From Trypanosoma brucei (taxonomy: Eukaryota): a DNA stretch of 64,000 nt. Below the pieces are notes generated by a model that was given only the letters and a program-made list of their open reading frames with translations, was not told the origin of the DNA and did not search any database. The translations under genes were made by a program, and so were the position numbers. The DNA is taken from assembly GCA_000002445.1 (NCBI GenBank), contig CM000207.1, positions 896,001 to 960,000 of the forward strand, given 5' to 3'. Below are positions 48,348 to 59,623 of the stretch, one piece after another (the first letter of the stretch is position 1; every line of letters begins with the position of its first letter).

Positions 48348-51326
48348 ATGATGCGCCGTGCTTCTTACTGCGCGGGCCATGCCTTCACTTCGCTCACCGT
48401 CGTTGGGTCCCGTCGATTCTTTCAGGGTGAAAGATGTGAAGCGGAAATTGTAAAACTGACAAAGGAGCGCGGCATCTTCAGTGATGCCTCAGTCGAAGCT
48501 TCTGTGCACCAGTTGATGTCTCGACTCTCCGACAGCCCATATGTTCGTCATTACACGGATGCAGAAGTATCGGCGCATGCTCACGGGTTTCTTTGTGCAA
48601 AGGCAAGGAGTGCACTGGGTGAGCCGTTTGAGCATTTTCACGAAAGTGACGATTCGGCCTTCTACATTTGCCGAAAGGACCAGGCAAGTCAGCTGCGAGC
48701 CGTGCGGCAGTTGACCAAGTTTGTCAGCCGCGAAAGGGAAACCAAACAATCTGTCTCTGTGCGTTGTTACACTGCCGGTGACAGTGACATTGCCGTCTTC
48801 ACCGCCAAAATACGTCCTTTTGTGAACCCCAATCCGGAAAAGGGTGAAACGGACATCGGACAACTTGCGAGTTCCGCTTTTTTGGAGGAGCGTTCACCAG
48901 AGATGCAGGAGCGATATCAGGACCTCATCAACCGCTTCCACGAATCAGTTGTTCCAGTTCACACTGTGCGCGAAGTGGATGGTGAAGTTTGTTTTTCCAT
49001 GATCATGGCCGCAGACCGCTCCTACTACATCGCGACGTTGCAGACAGTCATACAGGAGATCCCCGGCGCTGTCGTCACACGCTGTTTCTCGGAGACTTTT
49101 TCCAATGACACTCATGTTTACACGTATTTTGTTCGAGGTGCTACAAGTCAGCAGCTTAGCGATCGCGCCTCTCTAGTGCCCTTCCTTCCCACCCGCCCCC
49201 GCAGTTTGATTACGCGCCTTCACGAGGATATGGTGTTCAACACGGAACAAACAGTGTACACGGATGCTGCAGTCATTTTCGCCTTCTACTTTACCCCACA
49301 GCCGACATCCGAAGATTATCGTCATCTACGCAGTTTGGTGTCGAAGGAACCCAACGGATTGAGTCGTCTCAACAATCTTCGCACAACACTCAGTCTCGAG
49401 ATGATGTCGGAGCGGTATATCCTCACACTCATCTCCACTTACCCCGAGTTCATGAAGGAGATATATGAGGATTTCCAAGTTGGCACCACACACGAGCGAC
49501 GCTGTGCAATCCGGGAAAAAATCACCACCCGCTTCAGGGAGGATCAGCGCTCCGAGCACGACTTGGGCATCTTCAATGCATTTCTGCAGTTCAACGAGGT
49601 GGTTTTAAAGCACAATTTCTTTAAACAGCATAAGGTGGCGCTCTGTTTCCGCCTCGACCCTTCTTTTCTTCGTTCATTGGGGTACCCACGAGTACCACAT
49701 GGTGTTTTTCTTCTCGCTGGCGCGCAGTGGCGTGGATTCCATGTGCGCTTTACCGACATCGCCCGCGGCGGTGTGCGCATGATTATTTCGAAGGACACCA
49801 TGTACCGCCGAAACAAGCGCTCTGTTTTCCAGGAAAACTACAACCTTGCCCTCACCCAGTTGCTGAAGAATAAGGACATACCGGAGGGTGGCAGCAAGGG
49901 AACCATTCTTGTCTCATCTCGCTACCTGAATACATTCAACCAGCCTCTTTGTGAGAGGATTTTCTTGCAGTATGCTGATGCACTATTGGATGTTGTCATT
50001 CCAGGAGAGGAAGGTATCGTCGATCGACTGAAGACACCAGAGATCATTTTCCTTGGGCCTGATGAACACACGGCAGGCACTTTCCCGTCCGTTGGCTCTC
50101 TGTTCAGCAAGAAGCGCGGGTACAGTGCGTGGAAATCCTTTACAACTGGTAAGGATGCTTCACTGGGAGGTATTCCTCACGATACTTATGCCATGACAAC
50201 TCGTTCAGTCCGTACGATGGTTCGTGGGGTGTATGAGAAACTTGGACTCGATGAAGCAAGTCAGACAAAGTTTCAGACAGGTGGCCCGGACGGTGATCTT
50301 GGCTCCAATGAGATTCTGCTGAGCAAGGAAAAGACACTGGCGGTATTGGATATTTCAGCCTCACTTTTTGATCCCGAGGGACTCAACAAGGAGGAGCTGA
50401 AGCGCCTCGCAACTGCGCGAAAACAACTGCGGGACTTTGATAAGTCCAAATTGTCATCGAAAGGTTTCCTTGTACTGACAGGGGATAAGAACGTGACGCT
50501 CCCAGATGGTACACACGTCAGCGATGGCGTCTCATTCCGTGATGAGTTCCATCTTACGAAGTACAGTGCCGCCGATGTGTTTGTGCCATGCGGTGGGCGT
50601 CCCCGCAGCGTTACGCTTGCAAATGTTGGTCGATTCCTCAACTTAAGCGCCGCTGACAACGACTCTCTACTTGCTGGGGGCAGCATTCAGCTAAAAACCC
50701 CGAAATACAAGATAATTGTGGAGGGTGCCAACCTTTTTATATCGCAGGATGCGCGTCTTGCTATCGAGCGCTGCGGTATTGTTTTGATTAAGGATGCATC
50801 TGCAAATAAGGGTGGTGTCACTTCCTCATCACTTGAGGTGTATGCGGGGCTGGCGCTTTCCGACGAGGAGCACGCGCAGCACATGTGCGTCAAGGATCCT
50901 AACAATGTGCCGGAGTTCTACAAGAAGTATGTGCTAGACATTATTGAGCGCATTGAAAGTAACGCCCGCCGTGAGTTTGAGGCCATCTGGCGTGAACAAC
51001 AGGTACAAGAAGGGATGCCCAAGACTCTCATTGCCGACTCACTAAGCGAGAAAAATGTAAGAGTGCGTGCCAGTATTCTTTCGAGTGACATGTGTGAGAA
51101 CAAAGAACTCGTTCGCTACGTTCTCAGCAAGTACACCCCCAAAACTCTACTTGAAGTGGTCCCACTCGAAACACTAATGGAGCGCGTGCCCCTCGAGTAC
51201 CAAAAGGCCATTTGTGCAATGTGGCTTGCATCGGAGTATGTGTATACCACCGGCATCAGCGGTAATGAATTTGACTTCTTTACTTTCATGACAAAACACA
51301 TGGAGCAGGCCAAGCACATCTCTTAA
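48348..51326 (+). CDS. GDH: NAD-specific glutamate dehydrogenase, large (about 110 kDa) class
   Basis: 992 aa from the first ATG. The catalytic-lysine region DIPEGGSKGTILV corresponds to GGGKGG. Dinucleotide-binding glycine loop TGGPDGDLGSNE. FVPCGGRP and IIVEGANLFISQDAR are the ELFV-dehydrogenase C-domain. The track start at 48324 is GTG. Confidence 0.8.
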   Translation: MMRRASYCAGHAFTSLTVVGSRRFFQGERCEAEIVKLTKERGIFSDASVEASVHQLMSRLSDSPYVRHYTDAEVSAHAHGFLCAKARSALGEPFEHFHESDDSAFYICRKDQASQLRAVRQLTKFVSRERETKQSVSVRCYTAGDSDIAVFTAKIRPFVNPNPEKGETDIGQLASSAFLEERSPEMQERYQDLINRFHESVVPVHTVREVDGEVCFSMIMAADRSYYIATLQTVIQEIPGAVVTRCFSETFSNDTHVYTYFVRGATSQQLSDRASLVPFLPTRPRSLITRLHEDMVFNTEQTVYTDAAVIFAFYFTPQPTSEDYRHLRSLVSKEPNGLSRLNNLRTTLSLEMMSERYILTLISTYPEFMKEIYEDFQVGTTHERRCAIREKITTRFREDQRSEHDLGIFNAFLQFNEVVLKHNFFKQHKVALCFRLDPSFLRSLGYPRVPHGVFLLAGAQWRGFHVRFTDIARGGVRMIISKDTMYRRNKRSVFQENYNLALTQLLKNKDIPEGGSKGTILVSSRYLNTFNQPLCERIFLQYADALLDVVIPGEEGIVDRLKTPEIIFLGPDEHTAGTFPSVGSLFSKKRGYSAWKSFTTGKDASLGGIPHDTYAMTTRSVRTMVRGVYEKLGLDEASQTKFQTGGPDGDLGSNEILLSKEKTLAVLDISASLFDPEGLNKEELKRLATARKQLRDFDKSKLSSKGFLVLTGDKNVTLPDGTHVSDGVSFRDEFHLTKYSAADVFVPCGGRPRSVTLANVGRFLNLSAADNDSLLAGGSIQLKTPKYKIIVEGANLFISQDARLAIERCGIVLIKDASANKGGVTSSSLEVYAGLALSDEEHAQHMCVKDPNNVPEFYKKYVLDIIERIESNARREFEAIWREQQVQEGMPKTLIADSLSEKNVRVRASILSSDMCENKELVRYVLSKYTPKTLLEVVPLETLMERVPLEYQKAICAMWLASEYVYTTGISGNEFDFFTFMTKHMEQAKHIS

Positions 51327-53689
51327 ATGTTTCACCAATTCGATGAAATTAGTGAGTTAACAAACCAATCATACGGGAGGAAACTGCAGCAGTATCTTTA
51401 TACACGCACATAGTTATGTGCATGTATATTTGTATATGCGTGTGTGTGGGAGACATTTGAGGGAAGAAGATACAAATTTGAAGATGGGAAGGAAACAAAA
51501 TTCAAGAAGAAAAACGAGTGAAAGGGCATTAGCTAAAGAAAAAGACGATAAACGCACACAAAAAAAAATACACCAGTAGATGGAGAAAACGTTTATTTAT
51601 TTTTTTTTACTTTTTTTTACTTGTTTGAAGTGTGAACGGGTGGCACGTAACCAGTGGGGCAGGGGGGGGGAAACAAATGGAAATGTTTAAAATTTAAAAA
51701 AAAACTGAAACCCGCTAAAGTTTAGGTGGTGAATTTGTGCTTGCGTTTGTAACCAACTGTAAATATGTATAGAAAATATCCATGCATATTTATTTTTTTA
51801 ATTAAATTATGGTTTATGCATGTAATAATGCAGTGAAACATGAAGAGATGAAATTGTATTGGTATATGGGCCCTGGTTTTCAGGTAACAGAATCTGTACG
51901 CGTGTTTAGTGGGTTACTTTTTCTTCTTTTCTCCCGTTTCCCTTTCTCTTTTAGTGATGGTGCTAACAATAATTATAAATATATTTATATTTCTTTACTT
52001 TATTCCGTCTTCCACCTGATCATTATGTTCAGGTGTAGGCATTAGGGAGGGGCGGGTGATGTGATGTGTGTGGTGTGTATGTGGGGAAGACAACACATAA
52101 ATTTCATTTGTGCATTTCCCCCTCCCCCCCCTCTCCTTCTTCCTCCTTTCTTTCCTTCGAAATCTGCAGAAACAAAAAATAATGGTTATGATGACGATAC
52201 GGAAGAAGACGGAAGGGTGGATGCACTGGTAGAAGTAAAAGTAGTGGGAAAGGGGGAGAACGTTAAGTTAAGGTAACGTGAGACAGGGTAAAGAAGAATA
52301 TATATATATATATAATTTGATAAACAAATGTTGAAAAAAAAACGCAACGACGCCATGCAATTTGAGCGTGTACCAGTTCTCCATTGGAGTGATAAACGGC
52401 ATCAGGTCTAGTTTACAGCTTTAACTTTTTTTTACTTTTTGTGTGCTATTTTCTTTCTCTTTTTCGTTCTCTTTTTACTATTATTATTATTTTGTTTTGA
52501 GGGTAGAACTTCTCCGACTTTATCGTTTCTTCCTTTGGTAGAAGGTTATCCACCATTTATTATTATTTTTTTGTTTTCCCTCTTTTTTCTTTATTTTCTC
52601 CTTATTTTTCATGTGGAGTACCGTTTCATTGAGTTTTTATGCAAAGAAAATGAAACTGGCTAAAGGGAAGAGAGAAAGCAACAAACAGTGAAGGAAAAGA
52701 AGAGGAGGGAATCGAATGAATGAATGAATGAATAAACAGGCATTGGCATATAACTTATAACCGCAATAGAAGTATTCCCAATTTTTATGCCACTTGCCTT
52801 CTGTTTTGACTATTAAAGTAATTTTGTTTTTATTTTACTCTTTTTATTTTGTTTTAATTCTTCATTCATTCTTATTCTGACTTTCCATCCCCTCTCCTGC
52901 TTTCGTTTTCATTTTATATCAGCTTTACACACTCAGCAGCCACTCAATAAAATTAGCGAAAAAATGTCGATTACTGTGATGACACCGAAAGAGTTGTAAT
53001 GATCATTTGTCTATGAAATATATATTTGGGGCCGCGCGTGTTTATGTATGCTGAGTGTGTGGATATTTTTTTCTTTTCCTCCCCCATCTAAAGCGTTGTG
53101 GGGGATAAATAATTAGTTTCAGGGATTGAAGGAACGGTGATTGTGTGTGAGAGGAATTGTTTTGGTGTTGTGACAAATTCCGCTGCTATTCAAATTCATT
53201 TATTGCGTTTCGGAGATTGACAGTTGAATCGGCGTTTTGGTGCCGGTGAAACTGCATGCGCAAATAGGAGGACTGTTCTTTTATACCTTTTGGTTTTATT
53301 ATTTTATTTTCCTCACCCATACCCTACGCTTCTTGTTATCGTTTCCCAATTCACTGCGATTGTTAAAGATTAATAAATTCTGCGCGCGGTTGAGTGGTTC
53401 TAGGCAACCTTCTTTTTTTTTTTCTTGTAGTCTCACGCATATAAACTGAACATCGTTTTTTTTTTTGCTCCCTCTTTTTTTTTTGAAAAAAAAAAAGAAG
53501 TTTCATCGGTAAAAGGTCAGAAAAGTGTCATCTTAGCTTGAGAAGTAGGAAAGCAAATAGTAAGGAAGATAAAAATATCAAACAAACAGTCGTAAGCATT
53601 GGTGTAGACAAATATATATACCATCAGAGGTTGTAGTAGAACCTTCTTTTTCATTAAAAACAAAAATCCAAAAAAAAAAGACAAAAATA

Positions 53690-54256
53690 ATGCCTGCTGC
53701 ACCGCTTCCCGGCGAGGTTGCGAAGTTCTGCAGCCCCCTTTACATGCACAAGAGAATACTTAGAGCCGCCGCTCCTAAACCGCCGACAGTTTTCACCGCG
53801 AAAGACAACTCAAAAACGGCTTTTCATGTGGTAACGCAACGACCAGGATTTGCAACCACTCCTTACACTGTCAGTCGTTGGTATCTTAAAGAAAAGGTTC
53901 ACAGCAGCAATAGGAACCGTTTGGAAGGATTGTACGAATGTGTACTTTGCGCCTCATGCACGGGAAGTTGCCCTCAGTATTGGTGGAATCGCGAACTTTT
54001 CCTCGGCCCTGCGGTGCTTCTTCAATCGTACCGGTGGCTGATTGAACCCCTCGACCGTGATTTTGACAGTCGGGTAAAGATGTTTGAACATGGCCCGCTT
54101 GTGAACTTTTGTCATAATATCTTCAACTGCAGCATCACATGCCCAAAGTTTCTCAACCCGGGAATGGCTTCGAAGGAAATTAAGCGCCTTTCATCACCAG
54201 CAACGCTGCGTGTGGGGCCACCGCTGGAGGATGCAAAAGTCGCCTCCAAGTATTAA
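53690..54256 (+). CDS. SDH2C: Succinate dehydrogenase iron-sulfur subunit, C-terminal half (SDH2C) as a separate gene, with a kinetoplastid-type N-terminal extension
   Basis: CVLCASCTGSCPQYWWNRELFLGPAVLLQSYRWLIEPLDRDFDSRVKMFE...FCHNIFNCSITCPKFLNPGMASKEIKR carries the [4Fe-4S] and [3Fe-4S] cysteine clusters of SdhB (CxxCxxCxxxCP ... CxxxxxCxxxCP). It lacks the N-terminal [2Fe-2S] ferredoxin half. Confidence 0.85.
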   Translation: MPAAPLPGEVAKFCSPLYMHKRILRAAAPKPPTVFTAKDNSKTAFHVVTQRPGFATTPYTVSRWYLKEKVHSSNRNRLEGLYECVLCASCTGSCPQYWWNRELFLGPAVLLQSYRWLIEPLDRDFDSRVKMFEHGPLVNFCHNIFNCSITCPKFLNPGMASKEIKRLSSPATLRVGPPLEDAKVASKY

Positions 54257-55419
54257 AAGCTGTTTGGTATAGTCAAGTAGCTTATTTGTGCCGTCTATAC
54301 TGTGATATGACCGCTCATAGGAATGTTAGTGAAGTGAAGGTTGCCCTTTTTTTCTTTTTCTTTCTTTTTTTTTTTGATTCATTATGAGTGTACGCGATTT
54401 CCGGTGACCATGTCGGCTTATGCCCTATGTGTGTGAGTGTGTGGGTTTCTTCTTCGTTGTTTTTTTTTTCGACCCAACCTCCTGATGTAAGTGGGTCAAG
54501 GGTGTTTATATGTTGGTGTGTAGGAAGGTGTTTATGTTGAACTGAACGTTTATTTGGTTTGGTTCACATTTGATGATCGTGTAGTGTGTTCCTCTTTCTT
54601 CATTTTGTTTGGTTTACCTTTTCTTCTGCCTTAGCGCAACCACCGTCCTTAACTACATTGGTGCATTCATATGTTCGTATATATTTTTATATGTATGAAA
54701 AAGTGTGTTTGCACATACGCGTGTGTGCATTTTTCTTTTGGCATGTCATGTGTTGCTGTTGCTCTATTTTTTGCAAGTGTTGCCACTACTATTACTTTGT
54801 ACGCAATGCATCTGCCTCAACTTTTAGCAGTAGTTGATCCGCGCGTTTTAGTGGGTGATTTGTTGCATTAGCTTTTTGGGGAAAGGAGAGGGAAAGGTTT
54901 TACCATTATTATCAGCATAATTATACGTTCTCACTTACTTACTATCATCATTATTAGTCATTATTTATTAATGAATTTAGTGTTAGTATTATTACCGTCC
55001 ATCTCTCGCTTTCACTTTATCTTCCTTGTGATTTATCTTACCCCTAGTGTTTTGGCGCTGTGTTGAAGGGAGGGGGAGTGCGGCATCTCAGATCTTTGTC
55101 CTTTCATGCCCTTCAACGCACTGCATTGTGTTATTTCATTTTCTACGTTTCTGACTGTCACCTTTCTGTGCCTTCTTTTTGTCCTGTCTTATTTTACTAA
55201 TTGCCGGGGACGTATATATATGTATGTATATATAATCATTCATTTATTCATTTGACATTACATGTTTGCTTCTCCGGACTTGTGCTTCTTCTGTTTTTAT
55301 TCTTGGTTATCATCTCTGAGGCGGCTGTAACTTAGGTTGCTGCGAGTCCGCCGACCTTGTAATTAAAGGGAATAGTATCGAACGCTAAAGGCGTGCTCGC
55401 ATACAGGAAGGAGGGGGAA

Positions 55420-57288
55420 ATGCTTCTAAAGTTCACGGCAACTGGAGATTTTCTCCGTCCTTTCATTAATCTACTTCAAGCCACGACAAAACAAGGGGTG
55501 GTGCTGTTTTTCCAACCACTTGATAATGTGTTGGTTCTTCGCACGGTGGGGCCAAACAGTACCTTGTATTTAGTTGCTAGTGTTGGCACGGAACATTTCC
55601 ATGAGTATCGTTATGACAAAGGGGATGCTACTGCGGACTCATTTGCGGTCGATGGTATTTTAGAGGCGGGGAAGGACTCTTCAGCAGAAGTTAACAACAT
55701 GGAACATCATGTTCCTGTTTTGAGTAGAGCGTTACTTGCCACAGTGTTGCGGCAACCGCAGGGCCTTCACTTGATTAGTGTTCAGTATAGCTCTAGAGAC
55801 GGTGATGGTATTTCTAAGGATGTGATGCAGTGGGAATGCGTTTGTGGGGATGGAATTGTAAAGGTGTTTATGTTGCCGCTAGTGCGAGAGAAACTGGAGC
55901 GGGCGTATGTTAACCCTGAAAGGTATGTTTTTGACGCGTGTGCGTCTGCGAAAACGTGGGGTCACTTCTTGCGGCACCTACCAGGATCGCAATTCATTGT
56001 TGTTCAACCACATGATACACATCTTGAGCTTCTGGTGATGAATTGTTCGGAGGCCGCCGGACACGAAGTTGACTCGAAGGTGCTAGTTCGACAGGGGGAT
56101 TTACTTTTTATGCGCCGGATACACCGAGCAACAGAAGGTAATGATGATGGATATTCGTTATTACCCGGCAAATACGCAGAACTTAAACCCCTCAAGCATA
56201 TTTGTCTCTTGGCCGATCAACTTGGTATGATGATCCGCCTGCGCTCTGCCATGGGGGGCGTTCCCCTCTTCGTGGAAACACTTACAATGCAAGAAGCTCA
56301 GTCCCTGAAGGCTGGAGGTGCTCCAACGGTCTCAATGGATACCGTGATAGATACTACGGCACCCGATTTGTATAATCGAGGCATGGCACCCATAAGCAGT
56401 TCTCTCCGAATAAGATACGCGGTGTACATTCCCGCAATCGACATTTGGCCATCATCCGCGGATAGTTTCGACGCGCCGACAGATGGTGGTCGCCGCTCGG
56501 TTGCCTCCACAGCAACAAGTCACAGAGATAGTCGCGATTTGACTAACATAGCGTCGCCGCGTGGATCTGTTGGGCTTCCTCAAGCAGATCCATGTCTCGG
56601 CTGTGCTGAAACCCCGGTAGCAAGTGCAACAACCGCAGTCAATGGGGTAACATCTGCCCCATTGCCGACGGGTTTGCATTTTGGTACAAACCAAGTGGGT
56701 ACAGGCGGTGGACTCAACCCGCAGACATTGGCTAGCCCAACACCTGCTCCACTTACTTCAGGTTATTCTGTGGGGTCCCCTGTGATTTCAGCGCAGTCAG
56801 CTCCATCGTATGACCCTCCCCCCTCGGGAGTTGTGATCGACGGTAACATGATGATGGTGAGGTCAACATTTCAGGTAGGCAACTCCGTTGGTTCGGAACA
56901 TACTAACTATAAGCGCTCTCGTGACAACGTGACGTCTGAAAGGTCTTCTGCGTTGCCCTTTTCACTCAGTGAGAGGGTACCGTGTACCGATAATTTTGGT
57001 CCCCAACCCATCGAACAGCGCGGGCACGAATCGACAACTTGGAGCACACTGACGCCGGAAAGACGCAGCTCCTTTCAACTCAATCACGATGAACAGTCGA
57101 AATTGCCTCCCATGGGAAGCAGGCAGCTTCCACTCGACGCACGGTACCCTTTGGATTTTAACGCTTATGTGCTGGAGTTGGACGAGGGCCGGTGTGAAGA
57201 TGACTTGGATGAAGATGATGAGGATCTGCAGCGCTTCCTTGATAGTTGCGCCTCAGTGCTTGTTGTCCCCCAAACACAGAGTTACTAA
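55420..57288 (+). CDS. Conserved hypothetical protein (about 622 aa) with a Ser/Pro/Gly-rich low-complexity C-terminal half and an acidic tail
   Basis: ATG at 55420 (MLLKFTATGDF...). The track start at 55393 is GTG. An upstream pyrimidine tract lies at about 55085-55200. No recognised domain. Confidence 0.5.
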   Translation: MLLKFTATGDFLRPFINLLQATTKQGVVLFFQPLDNVLVLRTVGPNSTLYLVASVGTEHFHEYRYDKGDATADSFAVDGILEAGKDSSAEVNNMEHHVPVLSRALLATVLRQPQGLHLISVQYSSRDGDGISKDVMQWECVCGDGIVKVFMLPLVREKLERAYVNPERYVFDACASAKTWGHFLRHLPGSQFIVVQPHDTHLELLVMNCSEAAGHEVDSKVLVRQGDLLFMRRIHRATEGNDDGYSLLPGKYAELKPLKHICLLADQLGMMIRLRSAMGGVPLFVETLTMQEAQSLKAGGAPTVSMDTVIDTTAPDLYNRGMAPISSSLRIRYAVYIPAIDIWPSSADSFDAPTDGGRRSVASTATSHRDSRDLTNIASPRGSVGLPQADPCLGCAETPVASATTAVNGVTSAPLPTGLHFGTNQVGTGGGLNPQTLASPTPAPLTSGYSVGSPVISAQSAPSYDPPPSGVVIDGNMMMVRSTFQVGNSVGSEHTNYKRSRDNVTSERSSALPFSLSERVPCTDNFGPQPIEQRGHESTTWSTLTPERRSSFQLNHDEQSKLPPMGSRQLPLDARYPLDFNAYVLELDEGRCEDDLDEDDEDLQRFLDSCASVLVVPQTQSY

Positions 57289-57814
57289 GATTGATAGCCT
57301 TCTCTTTATATATCTTCCCTCGAAGCGCAGTGACGAGCGACTCAATGAGAGGCGAAGGCGGTGATATTGACAGTGGTGAGAAATGTGGGAGACACGTAAA
57401 TTATGGGAGTCCCCTTGCCTCCTTTGTTGTTGCGCAGCGAATGGTATTAGTGCCCACATGCCCGTTCTAGTGGGTTGAATGCATTTAAAAATAACATTCA
57501 CTTCGTGTCACAAGCGCATAAATGTGCGAGCAGATAGAGGTATATGCACACGTGTTCACTTATGTTTGTATTGTACTCCTATGCCGTTTCAGCAGTGTCA
57601 CTGATCTGTCTTTTACACTATTCGCGTGACCGGCCCTTCACCTTCCTCCCAGCCTTTTCCTGATTGTCTAATGAACGAAAGGGAAGAGAAAAAATAAAGG
57701 GAATTAATACACTCATACATATATACATAAATATTAATACATATCATATATACGTGTCAGTAACCTCAGCGTAAAGGCAAAAAAAAAGTGAAGCAAGAAG
57801 AGGGGAGTGTCATT

Positions 57815-58978
57815 ATGAGTCAGGATAGGGGCAAGCGGCAGGTTTTGGATGCTACAGTGCGTGATGACAACCCGTATAGCCGGCTCATGGCACTTCAGCG
57901 GATGGGTGTTGTGGAGAATTACGAGGCCATCCGCCAAAAATCCGTTGCAATAATCGGCGCTGGGGGTGTTGGCAGTGTCGTAGCAGAGATGCTCACGCGT
58001 TGTGGTATTGCGAAAATCCTTTTGTTTGACTACGATAAAGTGGAGCTCGCCAATATGAACCGGCTCTTTTACAGGCCCGAGCAGCAGGGGATGTCAAAGG
58101 TGGCGGCGGCAAAACAAACACTGGAAGGAATCAACCCAGACACCGAAATTGTGCCTTTCGACTTCAGTATTACAGCAGCGGAACACTGGCAGGACTTCGC
58201 TGATGCGTTAACAAAGAACGGTGGTGTAAAGCCCAGCACTCCGGTAGATTTACTGCTGTGTTGTGTTGATAACTTCCAAGCCCGCCTAACGGTCAATTAC
58301 GCTTGTTTACTGTTCAACATTCCGTGGATGGAAAGCGGTGTTGCAGAAAATGCGGTGAGTGGTCACATCCAGCTACTCCTTCCCGGTGTGACACCCTGCT
58401 ACGAGTGCTGTCCACCCCTTGTCGTGGCGACAGGAATGCCAGAGGCCAAGCGTGAGGGCGTTTGCGCTGCGTCTCTTCCAACCACGATGGGCATCGTAGC
58501 GGGGTTTCTCGCACAGAACGCCCTAAAGTACCTGCTGAATTTTGGAACTGTTAGTGAATACATTGGATATGACGCAGTGAGAGATTATTTCCCCTCTGTT
58601 ACAATTAAAGCGAATCCCGACTGCCGCAACGCCACCTGCGTTGAGAAGCAGCGGGAGTACGCGGAACGGAAGGCGAGGTTGGGTGACGCAGCCCATCCCC
58701 TACACAACGCTGCCAAACATCGCACCGAGCGGGAGGCGAAGGAACGCGAGGCGGCAAAAGCAAGGGCAGCAGCATCAGCGAAAGAGTGGGGAATAGTAGT
58801 TGAAGAACACGGGAAAGATGATCTTTCCGTAAACACAAAGGGAGACACAGGTGGTGTGGAATACGCGTATGGCGCCGGCGGTAAAGCGGAGGGGAATGCC
58901 CCAAGGGAAGACGAGTTTGTTGCCGCGGATAGCGGGGAGTCGCTGGAGGCACTTATGGCCAAAATGAGAGCCATGTAG
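57815..58978 (+). CDS. UBA5: Ubiquitin-like modifier-activating enzyme 5 (UBA5, E1 for Ufm1)
   Basis: [80 protein letters not shown] matches human UBA5 ([79 protein letters not shown]). The catalytic Cys context [18 protein letters not shown] and the zinc site [13 protein letters not shown] are present. The first ATG is at 57815. Confidence 0.85.
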   Translation: MSQDRGKRQVLDATVRDDNPYSRLMALQRMGVVENYEAIRQKSVAIIGAGGVGSVVAEMLTRCGIAKILLFDYDKVELANMNRLFYRPEQQGMSKVAAAKQTLEGINPDTEIVPFDFSITAAEHWQDFADALTKNGGVKPSTPVDLLLCCVDNFQARLTVNYACLLFNIPWMESGVAENAVSGHIQLLLPGVTPCYECCPPLVVATGMPEAKREGVCAASLPTTMGIVAGFLAQNALKYLLNFGTVSEYIGYDAVRDYFPSVTIKANPDCRNATCVEKQREYAERKARLGDAAHPLHNAAKHRTEREAKEREAAKARAAASAKEWGIVVEEHGKDDLSVNTKGDTGGVEYAYGAGGKAEGNAPREDEFVAADSGESLEALMAKMRAM

Positions 58979-59623
58979 TAGTGATAATCTCTTGACGTGA
59001 GCAAGCGCTACGTCAGGTCACATATTTTATTCGTTTTACTCTTTCGCTGTTTTGCTCTCCTCTTGGACGTCGGTGTGGGCGTGTGTGTGTGGCGAGGGGT
59101 GGCAAGGGAAGTGGAGGAGGGAGGAAAATGGGGTCGGATTCAAGCTGTTTCGGTGGAGTTGGCAAGTGTGAACTTTTGTTGCGTTGAAATTTGTGAGTGT
59201 GTACCGACATCTTCCACCAAAGAAGATTGGCGGAACAGCTGCGGCTTCTCCTCTCCTTTTTGTGTCGTCAGAGTAAAGAAGTATCCCATTGCAAATCGGA
59301 AGAAAGGGAAGTTGGGATCAGTGTTTTTCTGCCTGCCGCCACAGTGTCTAACGGCCACCGGTAACCCTTCCACCTGTGCTTTTCTGGAACTTTCCATCTC
59401 TTCCTTAATCGATTCTATCAACCGCACGGTATTTGTCCGTGACCCGCAAATACCTGTTGTTCCTGTTGCAATAGATACTTTCCCCCCCCCCCCCCATAAA
59501 TAAAAAAATATATATATCTTTGAATTTAGTTTACTGAAATCTGCTGAAACGAAAAAGGACAAGAGGGAGGGAAAACAAACAACGAGAAAAGATACTTTAT
59601 CGTAGGAACTTTCCTGACTCAAC

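Noticed and set aside
52960-53010. Possible C/D-box snoRNA (TGATGA at about 52966)
   Set aside because: There is no matching D box (CTGA) at an appropriate distance, no terminal stem, and no rRNA complementarity that I can verify. Similar isolated TGATGA hexamers occur by chance.
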